This document shows positions 1 through 13,030 of a DNA stretch of 64,000 nucleotides, in pieces (position 1 is the first letter of the stretch; every line of letters starts with the position of its first letter). Source of the stretch: Selaginella moellendorffii (lineage: Eukaryota > Plantae > Lycopodiophyta). Made by a program: the position numbers and the translations under genes. Where the stretch lies: the NCBI RefSeq assembly GCF_000143415.4, contig NW_003314268.1, positions 55,291 to 119,290 of the forward strand, in the 5' to 3' direction. The notes beneath the pieces are model-generated. The model had not been told where the DNA came from. It made no database searches and saw nothing but the letters and a program-made list of their open reading frames with translations.

Positions 1-3000
1 CGTCTGGTAGCGAGCGAGGAGCTGCAGACTTTCCTGCCAAGGGAGTGCGGGAAGTTTTAGAGGTGAGTTCTTACGTTGTTTTTTTACGAAAGCCACCCTT
101 CTTTGTAGGAATTCCTTGCCTCTGCAACCGATCAAGACAGGGCGACACAAGAAAGGCTTGTGGAGCCCTTGTTAACGCTAGCCAAGTCATACGAGGGGGG
201 GCGCCGGGGTCACGCCTGCAGCATCGTAAAAGCACTCTTTGAGGAGTATTTGCTCGTCGAGGAGCATTTCAGCCAAGGCACCGGTACACAGGTGTGTATC
301 GAGCTTCGCTCTTTTTTGAATCACGAGCTCCAAATTCTTTGCTTTGCAGGCGGACGTCATCGAAAGCCTTCGACACGTCCACAAGAAAGACCTCTGGAAG
401 GTTGTCGATATTGTGCTCTCTCACCAGGTAATGTTTTTCCTCCTAAGAACTAAGAACGCTAAGTAACTGGAGAACACAGGGTATCAAGACTAAGAACGCC
501 TTAATGTTACGCCTTATCGAAGCTCTCGTGTATCCTAACCCCTCCGCATACAGAGACCAACTTGTGCGTTTGGCGGCCTTGAGTGACTCAAACTACACGG
601 AGGTACGTAAACTCCTCCTTGGTTGTGTGTAGTAACGTGGTGGTAATGCAGCTGGCGGTAAAGTCGAGCCTTCTTCTGGAACAATCTAAGTTGAGCGGAA
701 TTCGAGCAGATATTGCGCGAAGTCTATCAGAGCTGGGAATGTTTACGGAGGACGAAAACGGCTCAAAGCGATCTGGCAAGAGTGCTATCGACGAGTGAAT
801 GGAATACTGGGTTGACGCACCGGTTGCTGTGGAAGATGCTCTTGTGGCGTTGTTTGATCACGGTGACCATGGCGATCACACGTTGCAAAGGCGCGTTATC
901 GAGACTTACATCCGAAGGCTGTATCAGGTACTTATCGTTCCTTGTTCTGTGTGTGTGTTCTTGACAAACTTGTCCGGCCTCGCAGCCATATCTAGTGAAA
1001 GGTTCAGTCCGGATGCAATGGCAGCGCTCGGCAATGCTAGCCTCGTGGCAATTCTACGAGGAAGGGCCTCTCCGGGTGGCAACAGCGGCAGAAGAAAGTG
1101 AACCAGTCAAATGGCGCGGGGCCATGGCGGTCCTCTCGTCCTTGAACACACTCTCGTCTACTGTTCGGACTGCGCTTGAAGAGTGGTTTGGTGTCACGCA
1201 GGAGACCAAGGACTCTAACCATACCCGCCTTGGCAACGTGCTCCATATTGCTCTCGTCGGGAGGAAGAACCAGCTGAGTGCTCATCAAGACAGGTACATG
1301 AAGGAGCTTTTGTGCCTGTGGTGTGACACACTTAACACTTTGCAGTGGTGATGAGGGCCAGACGCAAGAAAGAGTCGAGAAGCTCGCCAAGGGACTCAAG
1401 GGTGAGACCTTGCGAGGATTGCTGCAAGCTGCCGGAGTTGGAGTTGTGAGCTGCATCATCCAAAGAGACGAAGGCAGGGGTCCAATCCGCCACTGCTTTC
1501 ACTGGTCTCAGGAGACGAAATCATATGCAGAAGACCCGCTCTACCGTCACGTCGAGGCACCTCTCTCTGGTTTCCTTGAGCTGGTATGTATAGAATCAAT
1601 CCTCCCTCGTCACCCCGGAGCAACACTTTCCTTCGTTATTGCAGGACAACTTGAAGGAGCTTGGAACGATGAAGTACTCACTGTCACGGGACAGGCAATG
1701 GCATCTTTACTCTGTCCAGGAGAAGAAGGGAAAGTCGACGGTGAAGCGCACGTTTCTACGGACTTTCGTGAGGCAAACAAAGACGCTGGACGAGGATGGC
1801 ACTTTTGAGAGCGTGATCAAGGCGCTCCAAGGCGCTCTGGAAGAGCTGGAAGTCGCAGAAGGAAGAGCCGAGCACGTCCATATGTACCTTTGCGTGCTGA
1901 GGCCGCAGGGAGTGAGAAGCCTCGCCTCGTCAATCGTGGTGTGGCTCGAGGCGCTGGTACACAAGATCTACGCTGCTCTTGGAACACGCATGTACCGCCT
2001 AGCCGTGCTTGCATGGGAGCTCCGGATGTCTTTGGGTGGCGAAGGCATCTGGAGAGTGGTGGTGTCCAACGCTACTGGTTACACTTGCAAGGTTGAGGTA
2101 AAAGTCTTTCTTTGCTCCTCTTGTCTCTTTGATTCACAGCTCTACATCTCTTCTTTCTTTGTGTGCTCGCAGATCTACAGGGAGGTGCGCGATCCTCTCA
2201 CGAAGCAGACCGTCTATAGCTCGCCGTTTCCAGGTTGTGAGGGGCCGCTCCATGGAGTCCCGTTGTCCAAGCAGTGCAAGCCGCTGGAAGCTCTTGACTC
2301 TAGACGGCTGCTGGCCAGGAAGAACGGCACCACCTTTTGCTACGACTTCCCTCTGGTAAGTTGTGCGTGTTTCTAGCTGAGCGACGAACGAGCTTGTGTC
2401 AAACCAGGTGTTCGAGGCTGCGCTCAAGCAGTGCTGGAAGGAGTCCGGGATGGAGCTGCCCAAGGACACCACAGCGTTCTGCGCAACCGAGCTCGTGTTT
2501 CTTACGGCAAACCAGTCGTGGGACGCCACCCTGGTGGAGACGAACCGGCCCAGCGCCAGCAACGACATTGGAATGGTAGCGTGGCGTCTGGAGCTGTGCA
2601 CTCCAGAGTACCCTCAGGGCCGCCACCTTGTCGTGGTTTCCAACGACGTAACGCATGCCGCTGGCTCCTTCGGCCCCAAGGAGGACGCCTTCTTCAAGTG
2701 CGTCACGGACATGGCGTGCCGGGAGAAGCTCCCTCTCGTCTACCTGGCCGCCAACTCGGGTGCCCGGATCGACGTAGCCGAGGAAGTGAGGAGGAGCTTC
2801 CAGGTCGGGTGGCTGGACGACTCTCGCCCAGAGCACGGCTTCCACTACCTCTACCTCCGGCCGGACGACTACGCCAAGCTCGGCGCCTTCGTGAACGCTC
2901 ACAAGCTGGAGGTGGCGGACGGACATGTGCGCTGGGTGATCGACGATATCATCGGGCAGAAGGACGGGCTCGGCGTGGAGAACCTCTCGGGGAGCGGTGC

Positions 3001-4638
3001 CATCGCCAGCGCCTACTCCAAGGCATACAGGGAGACCTTCACCTTGACGTACGTCTCCGGCAAGACGGTTGGCATCGGTGCCTACCTTGCTCGTCTGGGA
3101 ATGCGGTGCATCCAGCGGTTGGACCAGCCGATCATCCTCACGGGCTACTCGGCGCTCAACAAGCTCCTGGGACGAGAAGTGTACAGCTCGCAAATGCAGC
3201 TCGGGGGACCCAAGGTGATGGCGACGAACGGCGTCACGCATCTCACTGTGAGCGACGATCTCGAAGGAGTGTCCGCCATCCTCAACTGGCTGAGCTACGT
3301 CCCCAGCGTCAAAGGTGGCGGGCTTCCGTCTCGGCCCAGCGACGATCCCCCGGACAGGACAGTGGCCTACGTCCCGGAGAACAGCTGCGATCCTCGTGCC
3401 GCGGTGGCCGGAGTTTACAACTCCGAGGGTGGCGGCGGCTGGATGGGCGGTATCTTCGACAAAGGCAGCTTCACCGAGACGCTCGAGGGGTGGGCTCGGA
3501 CGGTAGTGACAGGGCGTGCTCGGCTCGGGGGGATACCAGTTGGGATCATCGCGGTGGAGACGCAGACGGTCATGCAAGTGATCCCTGCGGACCCCGGACA
3601 GCTCGACTCGCAGGAGAGAGTGGTGCCGCAAGCCGGACAGGTCTGGTTCCCGGACTCGGCCTCCAAGACGGCCCAAGCCATGATCGACTTCAACAACGAG
3701 GGGCTCCCGCTCTTCATCCTGGCCAACTGGAGAGGCTTCTCGGGTGGCCAAAGAGATCTCTTTGAGGGAGTTTTGCAAGCCGGATCCACCATCGTGGAGC
3801 ACCTCCGCACGTACCAGCAACCGGTGTTCGTCTACGTGCCTCGGAATGGCGAGCTTCGAGGCGGGGCCTGGGTGGTGGTGGACAGTAAGATCAATCCGGA
3901 CCAAGTCGAGATGTACGCCGACAGCACGGCTAGAGCCGGGGTGCTCGAGGCCGAGGGAGTAGCCGAGATAAAGTTCCGGAGGGAGCAAATCCTCGACTCC
4001 ATGAAGCGCTTGGATCCAGTACTGCCACGACTCGAGGATCCAGCAGCGGTGAGAGCTCGCCAGGACAGCCTGATTCCAGTGTACAAGCAGATCGCCCTCC
4101 GCTTCATTGATATGCACGACACGGCCTTCCGGCTGGCCGCCAAAGGGATCATCCGGCGGGTGGTGAACTGGGAGTGCTCGAGGTCTTTCTTCTACAACAG
4201 GTTGGCGAGGAGGCTGGCCCAAGAATCCGTGATACAACGTGTGCTAGCGGCTGCTGGAAGCGAGTGTAGTCACCGGGACGCGCTGGAGCTGTTGAGGCAG
4301 TGGTTCTTGACGTGGAGCAGCAGCAGCACCGGCGATGGGGATGGTTGGGCCGACGATACTCTGGTTGTGGAGTGGCTGGCCAGCAACGAGTCCAGGATCC
4401 AACGGGAGCTCCAGCAGCTCAGAGTGCAGAAAGTTTCGAGGCAGATGCTCAGTGATTGTCAAAATCGAAACGACGATCTCGAGGTGCTGCCGCAAGTTAT
4501 ACAGAACCTTGTTGATAAGGTAAGTTTTGTCTACCGTTTCGCTGTGCAGCTCTGATCTCCTCTTCGTCTTGCTCGTGTCAGATGGATCCTGCTGCCAGGC
4601 AAGCACTCAAGGAGCAAATTAAAGCAGCACTACTGTAA
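1..4638 (+). pseudogene. ACC: Homomeric (eukaryotic-type) acetyl-CoA carboxylase, 3' half (central domain and carboxyltransferase), with an in-frame TGA at 796-798; 5' part lies outside the window
   Basis: GT-AG exons at about 1-62, 109-291, 350-427, 480-602, 652-927, 986-1292, 1347-1582, 1646-2097, 2173-2355, 2408-4519, 4582-4638. Motifs YLAANSGARI, GLGVENLSGSG, PQAGQVWFPDSA, LANWRGFSGGQRDL. SAIDE*ME stands where homologues have SAINERME. Product identity is very secure; pseudogene status rests on one stop codon. Confidence 0.85.
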
Positions 4639-4859
4639 ACTTACTGCTGTTGTCATTCCTTTTCCAAGGCACGGAGGAGCTCAGCAAGGATCCCACCTCC
4701 GTTCTGATCACCTACGTGAAATTGTTTGGTTCACATTCAAATAAAGAAAAAATAACTTCACCTGAGTTCTCAAGCCCGAGCGGAGCGTCCGTTATCATAC
4801 AAGTCCGAGCTTTGTTCCACGCTCTTGCTCTTAGTTGGGGTAACGGAGAAGGTAGTCGT

Positions 4860-6880
4860 TTTTGGAGGCGGTTTTTGCTGCAAGATAGGGACTTGAGAGC
4901 GGGCATGAGCTCCCTGGTCTTCGACTGGATTGTTCTGCCAATGCAAAGCTCCTGTAACAAACCAACTTAGTACATGTTTCCTTCTAACTTGATACATACC
5001 AGTAAGAACTCCAAACGAGGTGTCTTCCCCAGATACTGCGCAAGTGCATCTCCAAGGTATGAAAGTGAAACGTTGCAGACAACACCACTGATCGCAGAGA
5101 CGTCTACGGCCTCCACGCATTTCTGAATCAGCAGCGGCTCGTTCAACCAGCACACCATTGATTGCCTACAGAAATGGCAACAAAAAGCTTCACATCCAGT
5201 GAGCCCGTAAAGACCAATCGTACCTCCGGTGTGACATCCACATCGAGATCAGTGGGATCAAAAATAAGGTTGTCCATTGAGTAGATGAGCAGGCCTTCCG
5301 TTGTTGCAGCTGCCCAAGACCTGCCAGTTGGAGATATCCTGAGGCACTTGGTGCGTATAATTGGCCTCGCAGCGTTGGTCTGTGCCCCGGGTAGTCCCTG
5401 CGCCAACTTGCCTCTAACTTGACCATCGACACCGGCCTGTCATAGTCATCGATCAGATCTATAGGACCCTCCTGCAACGTCACGCCTGCCTCCGTCAATC
5501 GGGTCAGAAGTGGATCTGACCATCAAGTGTTGAGCAGGCCAGTTGCTTTCCGTCCGGGCTGTAAACCATGGTGAGCACGTCATGAGTGAAGGTTTCAACC
5601 CCTCAAACACATCCCACAGGTGCACGGTTTTGTCCCATGATGACGAAGCCAATATTACCAACAGAGCTGGGTTTACCTTTGTGATTGCCACGAGCTGCCG
5701 ATGACCTAGTATGCATAGGCATACTGGATCATGACATATGCAGTGCTATGCATATAGCTATGCATCATAAAACATCGAGCTTTCCATCTATATTAGTTTT
5801 CAACTAAGACACACTTAATTGCATTAATTTTATTTGCATCAATCTTGCCATCTTGAGCTGTAAACTCTAATCTTTTAATCATATAATACATTGCTTCATA
5901 AATTAATCTTATTGTTGCACCCTCACGATCAGCAAAATGTAACACCTTCAAAATAAAAGCTATCATAACCAATAAAGTAAAAACATTCTTCCAAAATTAA
6001 TCATTAAGAATTGTTGTGAGAACATCTTTGGCATCTTTTGTGTTATACCACTTCGATGATTCAAATTCTACACTCACTATGAATCATTGAAGGCACAGCA
6101 AAATATCTTCATACTAAAGCTGGCTGACCATAAAAAAAATGTAAGCGAATTAAGTCCCAACCATGTTCATTATGTGGTAGTCACATGACAAGGGCCTTCC
6201 ATTTTGGTGGAACAAGTCAAGCTCCCACTTGCCTTTATCGGGACATAGAACAGGTAGCTTCCTCTCCTCCTTTCAAACAAGGCGATCAGATTCTTCCAAG
6301 TCCTCCCCCTCGAGAGTTGATTGGTAAATGTGTGAAACTGAGGAGTCACTAGTGATCCAAGCAAAATACCTTGCAATGCTATGTCTTCCCTGACAGCCAC
6401 CACCATTGGGCATGGGAGCTGGAAGCTCTTGAGCCAGGTGGAACACCCAGTGACACAGCGTGCCATCCTTGGAGAAACTATAAGCAAAGATCCCGCCCTC
6501 TGTGCTCTCGGTGAAGAAGACGCCATTAATAATGTTGTGGTGTGCAGAGAGCACAACTGCATTGCTTTGGAGCGTAAAAATCCTCACCGCGAAGTCCTTG
6601 CAGCTGCAGATGACCCAATTGCCGTCGGGGCTCCAATCGAGGCAAGCGATCGTGTCGTGGCTGCTGGAGAAAGTGTGGAGTACCATGAACTCCTTGAGGC
6701 ACCCGACCGTCCTCCATACCTGGATGGCAACTGCAAAGAGGAATCCATCGGGGCTAAATCTGGAGCTTAGACACATCATTGCCATTCTCCACAGGCAGCG
6801 TCCAGCTCTGTGACAGAGATAGAGATGTGATTGCCGACTGGTGACACCAGCGCAGCGCTCCCACCCACAGCGACATTGGA
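4860..6880 (-). pseudogene. PWP2: Decayed PWP2/UTP1 (periodic tryptophan protein 2, WD40) gene with frameshifts and internal deletions
   Basis: Collinear fragments in different frames: LVSPVGN (about 6850), FSPDG..LDWSPDGNW (6785-6500), LASSSWDKTVHLWDVFEG (5660-5600), PIIRTKCLRISPTGRSWAAATTEGLLIYSMD..FDPTDLDVDVTPE (5370-5225), LNEPLLIQKC..LEFLL and QELC..RELMPALKSL (5150-4880). Confidence 0.8.
5780..6165 (-). mobile_element. Degenerate hAT-superfamily transposase fragment inside the PWP2 remnant
   Basis: AT-rich block; minus-strand translation with stops reads ..FIVSVEFESSKWYNTKDAKDVLTTILND*FWKNV..LKVLHFADREGATIRLIYEAMYYMIKRLE, resembling the FWK..VKVLRLVDGE..MGYIYEAM block of plant hAT transposases. 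Confidence 0.6.
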
Positions 6881-9144
6881 ATTAAGTATTATTAAATCTA
6901 CTATTAATTGCCAAACTTTGTGGGCTGCTGGATCTGGTCAATTGATGCTGTTAACCTAGTAAATATCACATGCTTCTGAAATATTTTTGTGAGGTTGCCT
7001 GAGGTGTGAGTGACACTTGTCTATTTGCATGGCCTAGAAGGGATAAAAACTCTCCTTTTACTGCAGCTCCTCCCAGCCATGAAATTTCCAAGGGAAGCAG
7101 GAGAGGAGGGGCATAGATGGATGCCTATGAGCTCCACTGACCAGTAGAAACAAGGAGAGGGGACTGTGAGCAGCAGGGCTGGCAATGGCATTTGAGCCAT
7201 GTGGAGGAGGAACCTCCACACGGAGATGGACCCAAGAGCTCCATGGTTTGTGGAGGAGAGGAGGTGACCAACACTGTCAATGGGGTGGTTGGCAACCACC
7301 TAGCACCAAAGATGGAGGCCTAGGAGCTCCTAGGATTTGTGGATGGGCATGTTGTGTTTGCCTTGCTCTCATGCACCATCTTTTTTGCAGAAGTTCTCAC
7401 TTCTTTCCCTAGGGCTAGACTAGCAGTGGAGTGCTATGGCCAGCACTCTGGAGCAATGGAGCACCAAGTGGAGTGCCATGGCTATCCAACAGTGGAGTGC
7501 CATGGGAAATTGATTGATTCAGTCTGCTACTAGCACTTAGTTCTCTAGTGGGTATTTACTATTTGAATTTGTGGGTGGAGACTAGGTGCTAGGGAAAAAT
7601 TGTTGGGGCATAAGCCATGGACAGCAGGTGATAAAAAATGTTGCCTACTGTGGGTCCCCTCTTGCATTGCTTATCAATTTTTTTTAGGCTCTTGGAAAAC
7701 TTTTGCAAGGGATTGTGTGGGCATGAGAACAACCCCTCTTGGGGTTCCTGTAGGGCATGGTTGAGTTTGCTGGTGATTGTACATGAGATGTTGCTTAGAT
7801 GGCAAAACCATTGTTTCTTAGCTTGGATACTATGATTAAAATTCATTTTGACTTAAACTTGCCTCAATCAGTTAATATAATTAAGATGACATAGCCTGTC
7901 TTACAATTTTTTTCTTTATGTATATGTTTAGTTGATAGATAGAGTTGCCCCTCACCAATTGATAAGTTGTACTGATATATTGATTGGGCAATTACAGCAA
8001 GTCTATATGGATTTCTTCTCTCTCAGCATAAGACTTATATTTCAAACGTGAGGTTGATGCTCAAGGAGCTTAGTCTTAATACAAAAAATTAAACACCTAT
8101 ATAAATCTTACAATCATAGATTATCAGATTTTGAAATTTGAATTAATATATTATTAACAATTATATTTTGTATTTTTTTTCTTAGTTTTGCTTGGGTCTG
8201 GATAGTAGATTTGTGTTTTTAAAATTTTAGTGTTCCATATTCTAAGAAAAGCACATGGCAAAGTAATAGTTTGCTAACATTAAAATTATTTAAAATTAAA
8301 TTAATTTATTTCGATTTAAAGTTCAAAGTCTTAAAGTTAAAGTTTCGAATATATTTCGATTTAAGAATAATTATATTTATTCTTATAACTAAAAAAATTA
8401 TTCTCAGAAATTTTAGTTTTAACTTTTTCTTACTTTGAGTATAAAATTTCTAAAAATATTATTATTTTAAATATATTCATATTCCCAAGTAATACTGCAT
8501 TTAATATATTTATCAAAAGTATTTAAATAGTAATTCTCCTTTTTCACTTTGGGAATATATTTGATTTCTAAATATGTAGTCTATGCTGTATAGTATTGTG
8601 TGTGTATATCTATACATATAAAAATATCATAAATAAATTGTATAAAATTATTTATTTTGTACTCATCCAGCATTTTCTTGGAAATATTAATATCTAGATA
8701 ATGATCTACAGATTAACTATATAAGTTAAGTGTGGAATGTTTTGTTTACTTAATAGAAGTGTTATTTTTATATATTAATCTAATTGATCAAATAGAAGTT
8801 TATAATTATATACATGTTTATAATTTAAAAATAAAATATTAATCTTATTAAATATAAACAGTTAGATGGTAAAATAAACTAGAATATATTAAAAAGTGTT
8901 TAAAATTAGTATAAATTATAAATAAAAAATTAAACTAAATGAATAACACAATAAGATTGTAGATTATTCCAGAATACTCACCAATATTATAGATATATCC
9001 ACTATCACCTCACTCAAATAAATATTCATTGTGATAAGAAGAAATTTTCTATACTATTAATTTTAAATTTTTTAACTTTTTTTTGGTTTGAGATATTTAC
9101 AAATATAATTGCTTTTGAAGTTTTATTACTTATTTTTATTGAAT

Positions 9145-9165
9145 TGTGTGTGTGTGTGTGTGTTT

Positions 9166-9222
<57 letters not shown>
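9145..9222. repeat. Compound microsatellite (TG)n(TC)n(TA)n
   Basis: Directly visible. Confidence 0.95.
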
Positions 9223-9465
9223 AATAAAAACTTAATACAAAAGTTTTTCCATACAATCAAATAAATTGACAAATCATAAGCGCATTAATATTATTTTTGT
9301 CCTTGACCACACAATAACGTTCATAATACTAATAAAACTTAAAATGTGTAATTATCAATATGTATGTGACTAACTTGGTGGATTAGCAGCAGATGAACTC
9401 CAATATATAAATAAAGTATCTGTAATACACAGTAAATAATTTTGTTATTTCAAGTAGTAATATAA

Positions 9466-10356
9466 CTATAGAACACATTTTGGATGATTATATGTTTTGG
9501 TTTCCCACCATATATAATTTGGTGCTTGTTGATTATATATAACTAAATTACAATTATTTTTAATAGTAAAAAATGTTAAATGTAAACAGTTTAATTTTGT
9601 ACAATATTTGTTTATTGACCACATGACAAGGTTTTTATGTGAATATAAAACTAAATTACCATCTAGCTGAAGAATGAGCTTGCATAAACCATAATAATTT
9701 TGGGTATTTTCAGAAATCCATATAAGATGTTTTTCAGAATAAAGTGCCAATCTACAATTTGATTGTAAAAGTAATGTATTATGACCATTTGGTGATCTTA
9801 AAAACATATCTGTCAAAATATAATAATTTGGTAATCCAGCATATAAGGATGATATTTCTAGACAATTAAAATTGTGTAAAGAAAGAATACTTCTATTTAG
9901 AAATTGTGGTTTTTTTGTAAAATCATGTATTGTATAAGCAATTTGAAAAACAGAAGTTATTACTATAAATAAATCAGAAGCTGTAGAATTAATTATATTT
10001 CTATAATTATTTAGTAAATATTCTATTCCAGTTCTTAATGTATTCCCAGTAATATTTGTATTTGGTTGGGTATTTATTTTACAATTTGTTGGATCAGCAC
10101 GAATGCGTTCAACACTTGTAAATACATATCGGGTATGAGTATTATCCAATGGAGTAGCTACAATATCAGTATAATTTAATGGATAAAATGCATATTTAGA
10201 AAATTTTATCCTTTTACATAAATTATCAAATCCATTAAATACAATATTCATCTCATCACAAGTTAAAGTATTATTATTACCCCATTTTACATTTTTTATT
10301 CCAAAAACTTTATAAATATATAATAGTAAAACTACTTTTAGAAATATCATTAACAT
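9466..10356 (-). CDS. Intronless AT-rich ORF (296 aa): signal peptide, unassigned N-terminal region, C-terminal bulb-type (GNA/B) lectin domain
   Basis: Hydrophobic N-terminus MLMIFLKVVLLLYIYKVFG. Three lectin subdomain repeats: LLLQSNCRLALY..IW, LILQLDGNLVLY..MWS (intact QxDxNxVxY) and TIKNNCNLVIY..WWET. An 891-nt open frame in very AT-rich DNA is unlikely by chance. Confidence 0.75.
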   Translation of the reverse strand: MLMIFLKVVLLLYIYKVFGIKNVKWGNNNTLTCDEMNIVFNGFDNLCKRIKFSKYAFYPLNYTDIVATPLDNTHTRYVFTSVERIRADPTNCKINTQPNTNITGNTLRTGIEYLLNNYRNIINSTASDLFIVITSVFQIAYTIHDFTKKPQFLNRSILSLHNFNCLEISSLYAGLPNYYILTDMFLRSPNGHNTLLLQSNCRLALYSEKHLIWISENTQNYYGLCKLILQLDGNLVLYSHKNLVMWSINKYCTKLNCLHLTFFTIKNNCNLVIYNQQAPNYIWWETKTYNHPKCVL

Positions 10357-11159
10357 AACATTTACAAAAAATTTAATCTTCTAGAGAATACTTTTGATAC
10401 TAGTATCTTTTCTTAATATAGCTTTAATTTTAGTTTTTAGACTAGGATTCTTAAATAGTGTAATGATGTACAAATATTTTTTTATTTGTATTCTCTACTT
10501 TTAAATAATATTAATTTCTGAGAATAATATTGGTTTATATTTATATTATACAAAGAAGTTAAAAAGTTTCTTAGACATTCCCTTTTATCTTTTAACCCTA
10601 CATATTTTGAATATATTTCACTCCCTTTCCTAGTTGGCTTAAGAGGAGATAAGGTGTGCTTCATTTATACCCATTTTAAGCATGTCTTGACATTGATAGC
10701 TTTTGTACTGTTCAAAAAATATTTTACCTTTCATAGAAGGGTGATGTCTTATTGAACCTTTCAAAAGGAAGGTTGGAATGAAAAAATTCTTTAATAATGA
10801 AACATAGTGTTGTAAGTTTTGAATCATAAAATTATAGAGATAAAAAATGTTAATAAAAAGTTAAATATAATGTAGTAGTAAACTTGCTGGATAATTTATG
10901 TATTATTACTGGTTTATAGGTTTTATTATATCCACTATATACATTAAATGTATATATACTAATTTATTATACTTATGCTTAATTGTATTTCACAAGAAAA
11001 TAATGGGTTACCCTTCAAAGTTAGAGGTATGATCCTAAGGTTATGCCAAAGTCACAACCTTAGATCTTTTTTTCTATATGATAATTTTTCTCATTCTCCA
11101 TGTTAGATATGGTATAAATGAAAGTAGCATTAGTTCAATAAGTGATTTAAAATGTAATT

Positions 11160-13030
11160 TGCCATTAAGCAATGGGGGGTGGGGTTTCCAATTGTATAGT
11201 AAGGATAATGGTTAAAAGAATAATTAACCACTTGAGACATTAGTTTAACTCCCACTAGGATGTGTTATTCTTTGTTTTTAAATTTAGCTTGAGCTTAAAC
11301 TTAAGTTCCATGCTATTTTAGTTGGTCAGGTAGCCACATCCTTAAGTTAAGCTATTGGTATGTTGAAATTGTGCTAAACACAATTTAACACCATTTTGTA
11401 TGCAAAAGTTAGATACCAAGAGCTAGTGCTCATAGGAGATACTAAGTGTATTCCAGAACCTTAGTTTATAATATAACAGATTTGGAGTTTAACTCCAAAT
11501 TTATATGTATTACATTTGGTATCAAAGGAATTGTCTTAATAATACGTATCTAACATTTATTGGAGTTTTTAAAGCTGCATATGTAGAAAATTTACTAATA
11601 AATCCATAACAACCTATGTAAGATTACTTAGATTGCACTATTCAATAAAGATATTGTATGTATGTTTAGTTATTGATAAAGACATATATGCAGTTGGTGA
11701 GATGGCAAAATGGAACCATGTTGATGACATTAAAACCTCTAAATAAGTGAATTGAGAGGAGGAAACTGCTAAAGATGCTACAAATGAAGCTAAGGCCGAG
11801 TTAAAAGAGGAAAAGCTTAGGCATGATGTTGCACAATAGCATACAACTCAAAACATTATAATTGAGAATTTGCAAAAAAGAAGTTTGTAAATTAAAGAAG
11901 GAAAACAAGAAAAGAAAGAAGTAAAAGCAACTAAATTAGTTAAACCTGAACAATCAAACTCCTTTTTATGTTTGAAGGATAATGAAGTTTTACAATTGCC
12001 TCTAATTGCACAAATTTTAAAGTTCAAACCTCTAAAACCACCCAATTTTATAGGTATGGAAGACTGGGTCTACGATATAGATATAGATGATCAAATAAAA
12101 GTTACATGCATCCAGTCCTTTCCTATTGATCATGCCAAAAATTAGTGTGTTGAAAAAGGGCAGACTAGAAGTTAGATTAAGATGTGGTCTTGTATCCGAA
12201 AAGAATATTTACTAGATAATTTTGGTCTAAAACTTCATATAGAACTACGGTGGTTAAAGCAACATGAAAACTTTATTCACTATATTAATGTATTTACTCA
12301 AAAGTGTATTATAATTGCAAATATGAATGACAAAGATGCTCAAAGTTATTTTTTAAAAGGTTTTCACTTTTTAACAATGAGGTTTTAAAGTTTAAACCAA
12401 ATATGTATCTAGAGTGTAAGGAAGCAACACAACAAGTTGCCTTTAGTTGCTCATGGAGCAATATCAGCACCTCAAACAAAAATAAAAACTTTAGAAATAA
12501 ATAAAATGAATGGGTGGAAGGAAGGTTTTGCTCTAGAGGCTTATAAACATGCAACCACTAATAACTTCTTTTGGTCCTAGGCCCTATATTCCTCCTAGTG
12601 AGTACAAGCAACAACAACCTGCAAACCTACTTCCAACGGAATAGGTAGTGTAGGTAATTGCTTCTATTGTGGAGAAGTAGAACATAAATCTTTAGAATGT
12701 CTCAACAAGCATAAAATGAGATCTCGTGTCAATGTCATAAAAGATAATGATGGTGATGAAACTAAAGGGGTTGATAAATTGATTAATGTAAACTATGAGG
12801 AAAAGGAAGTGAGTTATTTTCCTTAAGATTTTCTCACAACCAATGCAAGCACTAAGCTCCTCCATTGTGCTCAAAACCTTTGCTAATTGCATTGTTCCTT
12901 TAGTAGGTATTTGCTATGGCATCAAGGTCTTGGTGTAAAGCATTATTTCTGAGGTAGATTTCCTTGTGGTCAACTACTAGTGTCTTGGAATGTTCAACTC
13001 ATTTCACTTACAATGGATTTGTGACTAAAA
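11160..13030 (+). mobile_element. Decayed Ty3/gypsy-like LTR retrotransposon: LTR 3' part, Met-tRNA PBS, gag with zinc knuckle
   Basis: LTR end ..TACA followed by TTTGGTATCAAAG (about 11515-11527); gag remnant KEYLLDNFGLKLHIELRWLKQ..; CFYCGEVEHKSLEC (about 12659-12700). 11160-11400 is similar to the reverse complement of the LTR at 48600-48810. Confidence 0.75.

Noticed and set aside
2399-4237. 612-aa antisense ORF and 444-aa alternative-frame ORF over the ACCase exon
   Set aside because: Shadow ORFs from GC-rich codon usage; no motifs.
6895-7850. Helitron-like 5' end (TCTACTATTAA) upstream of the PWP2 remnant
   Set aside because: No convincing 3' hairpin plus CTRR end or Rep/helicase remnant found.
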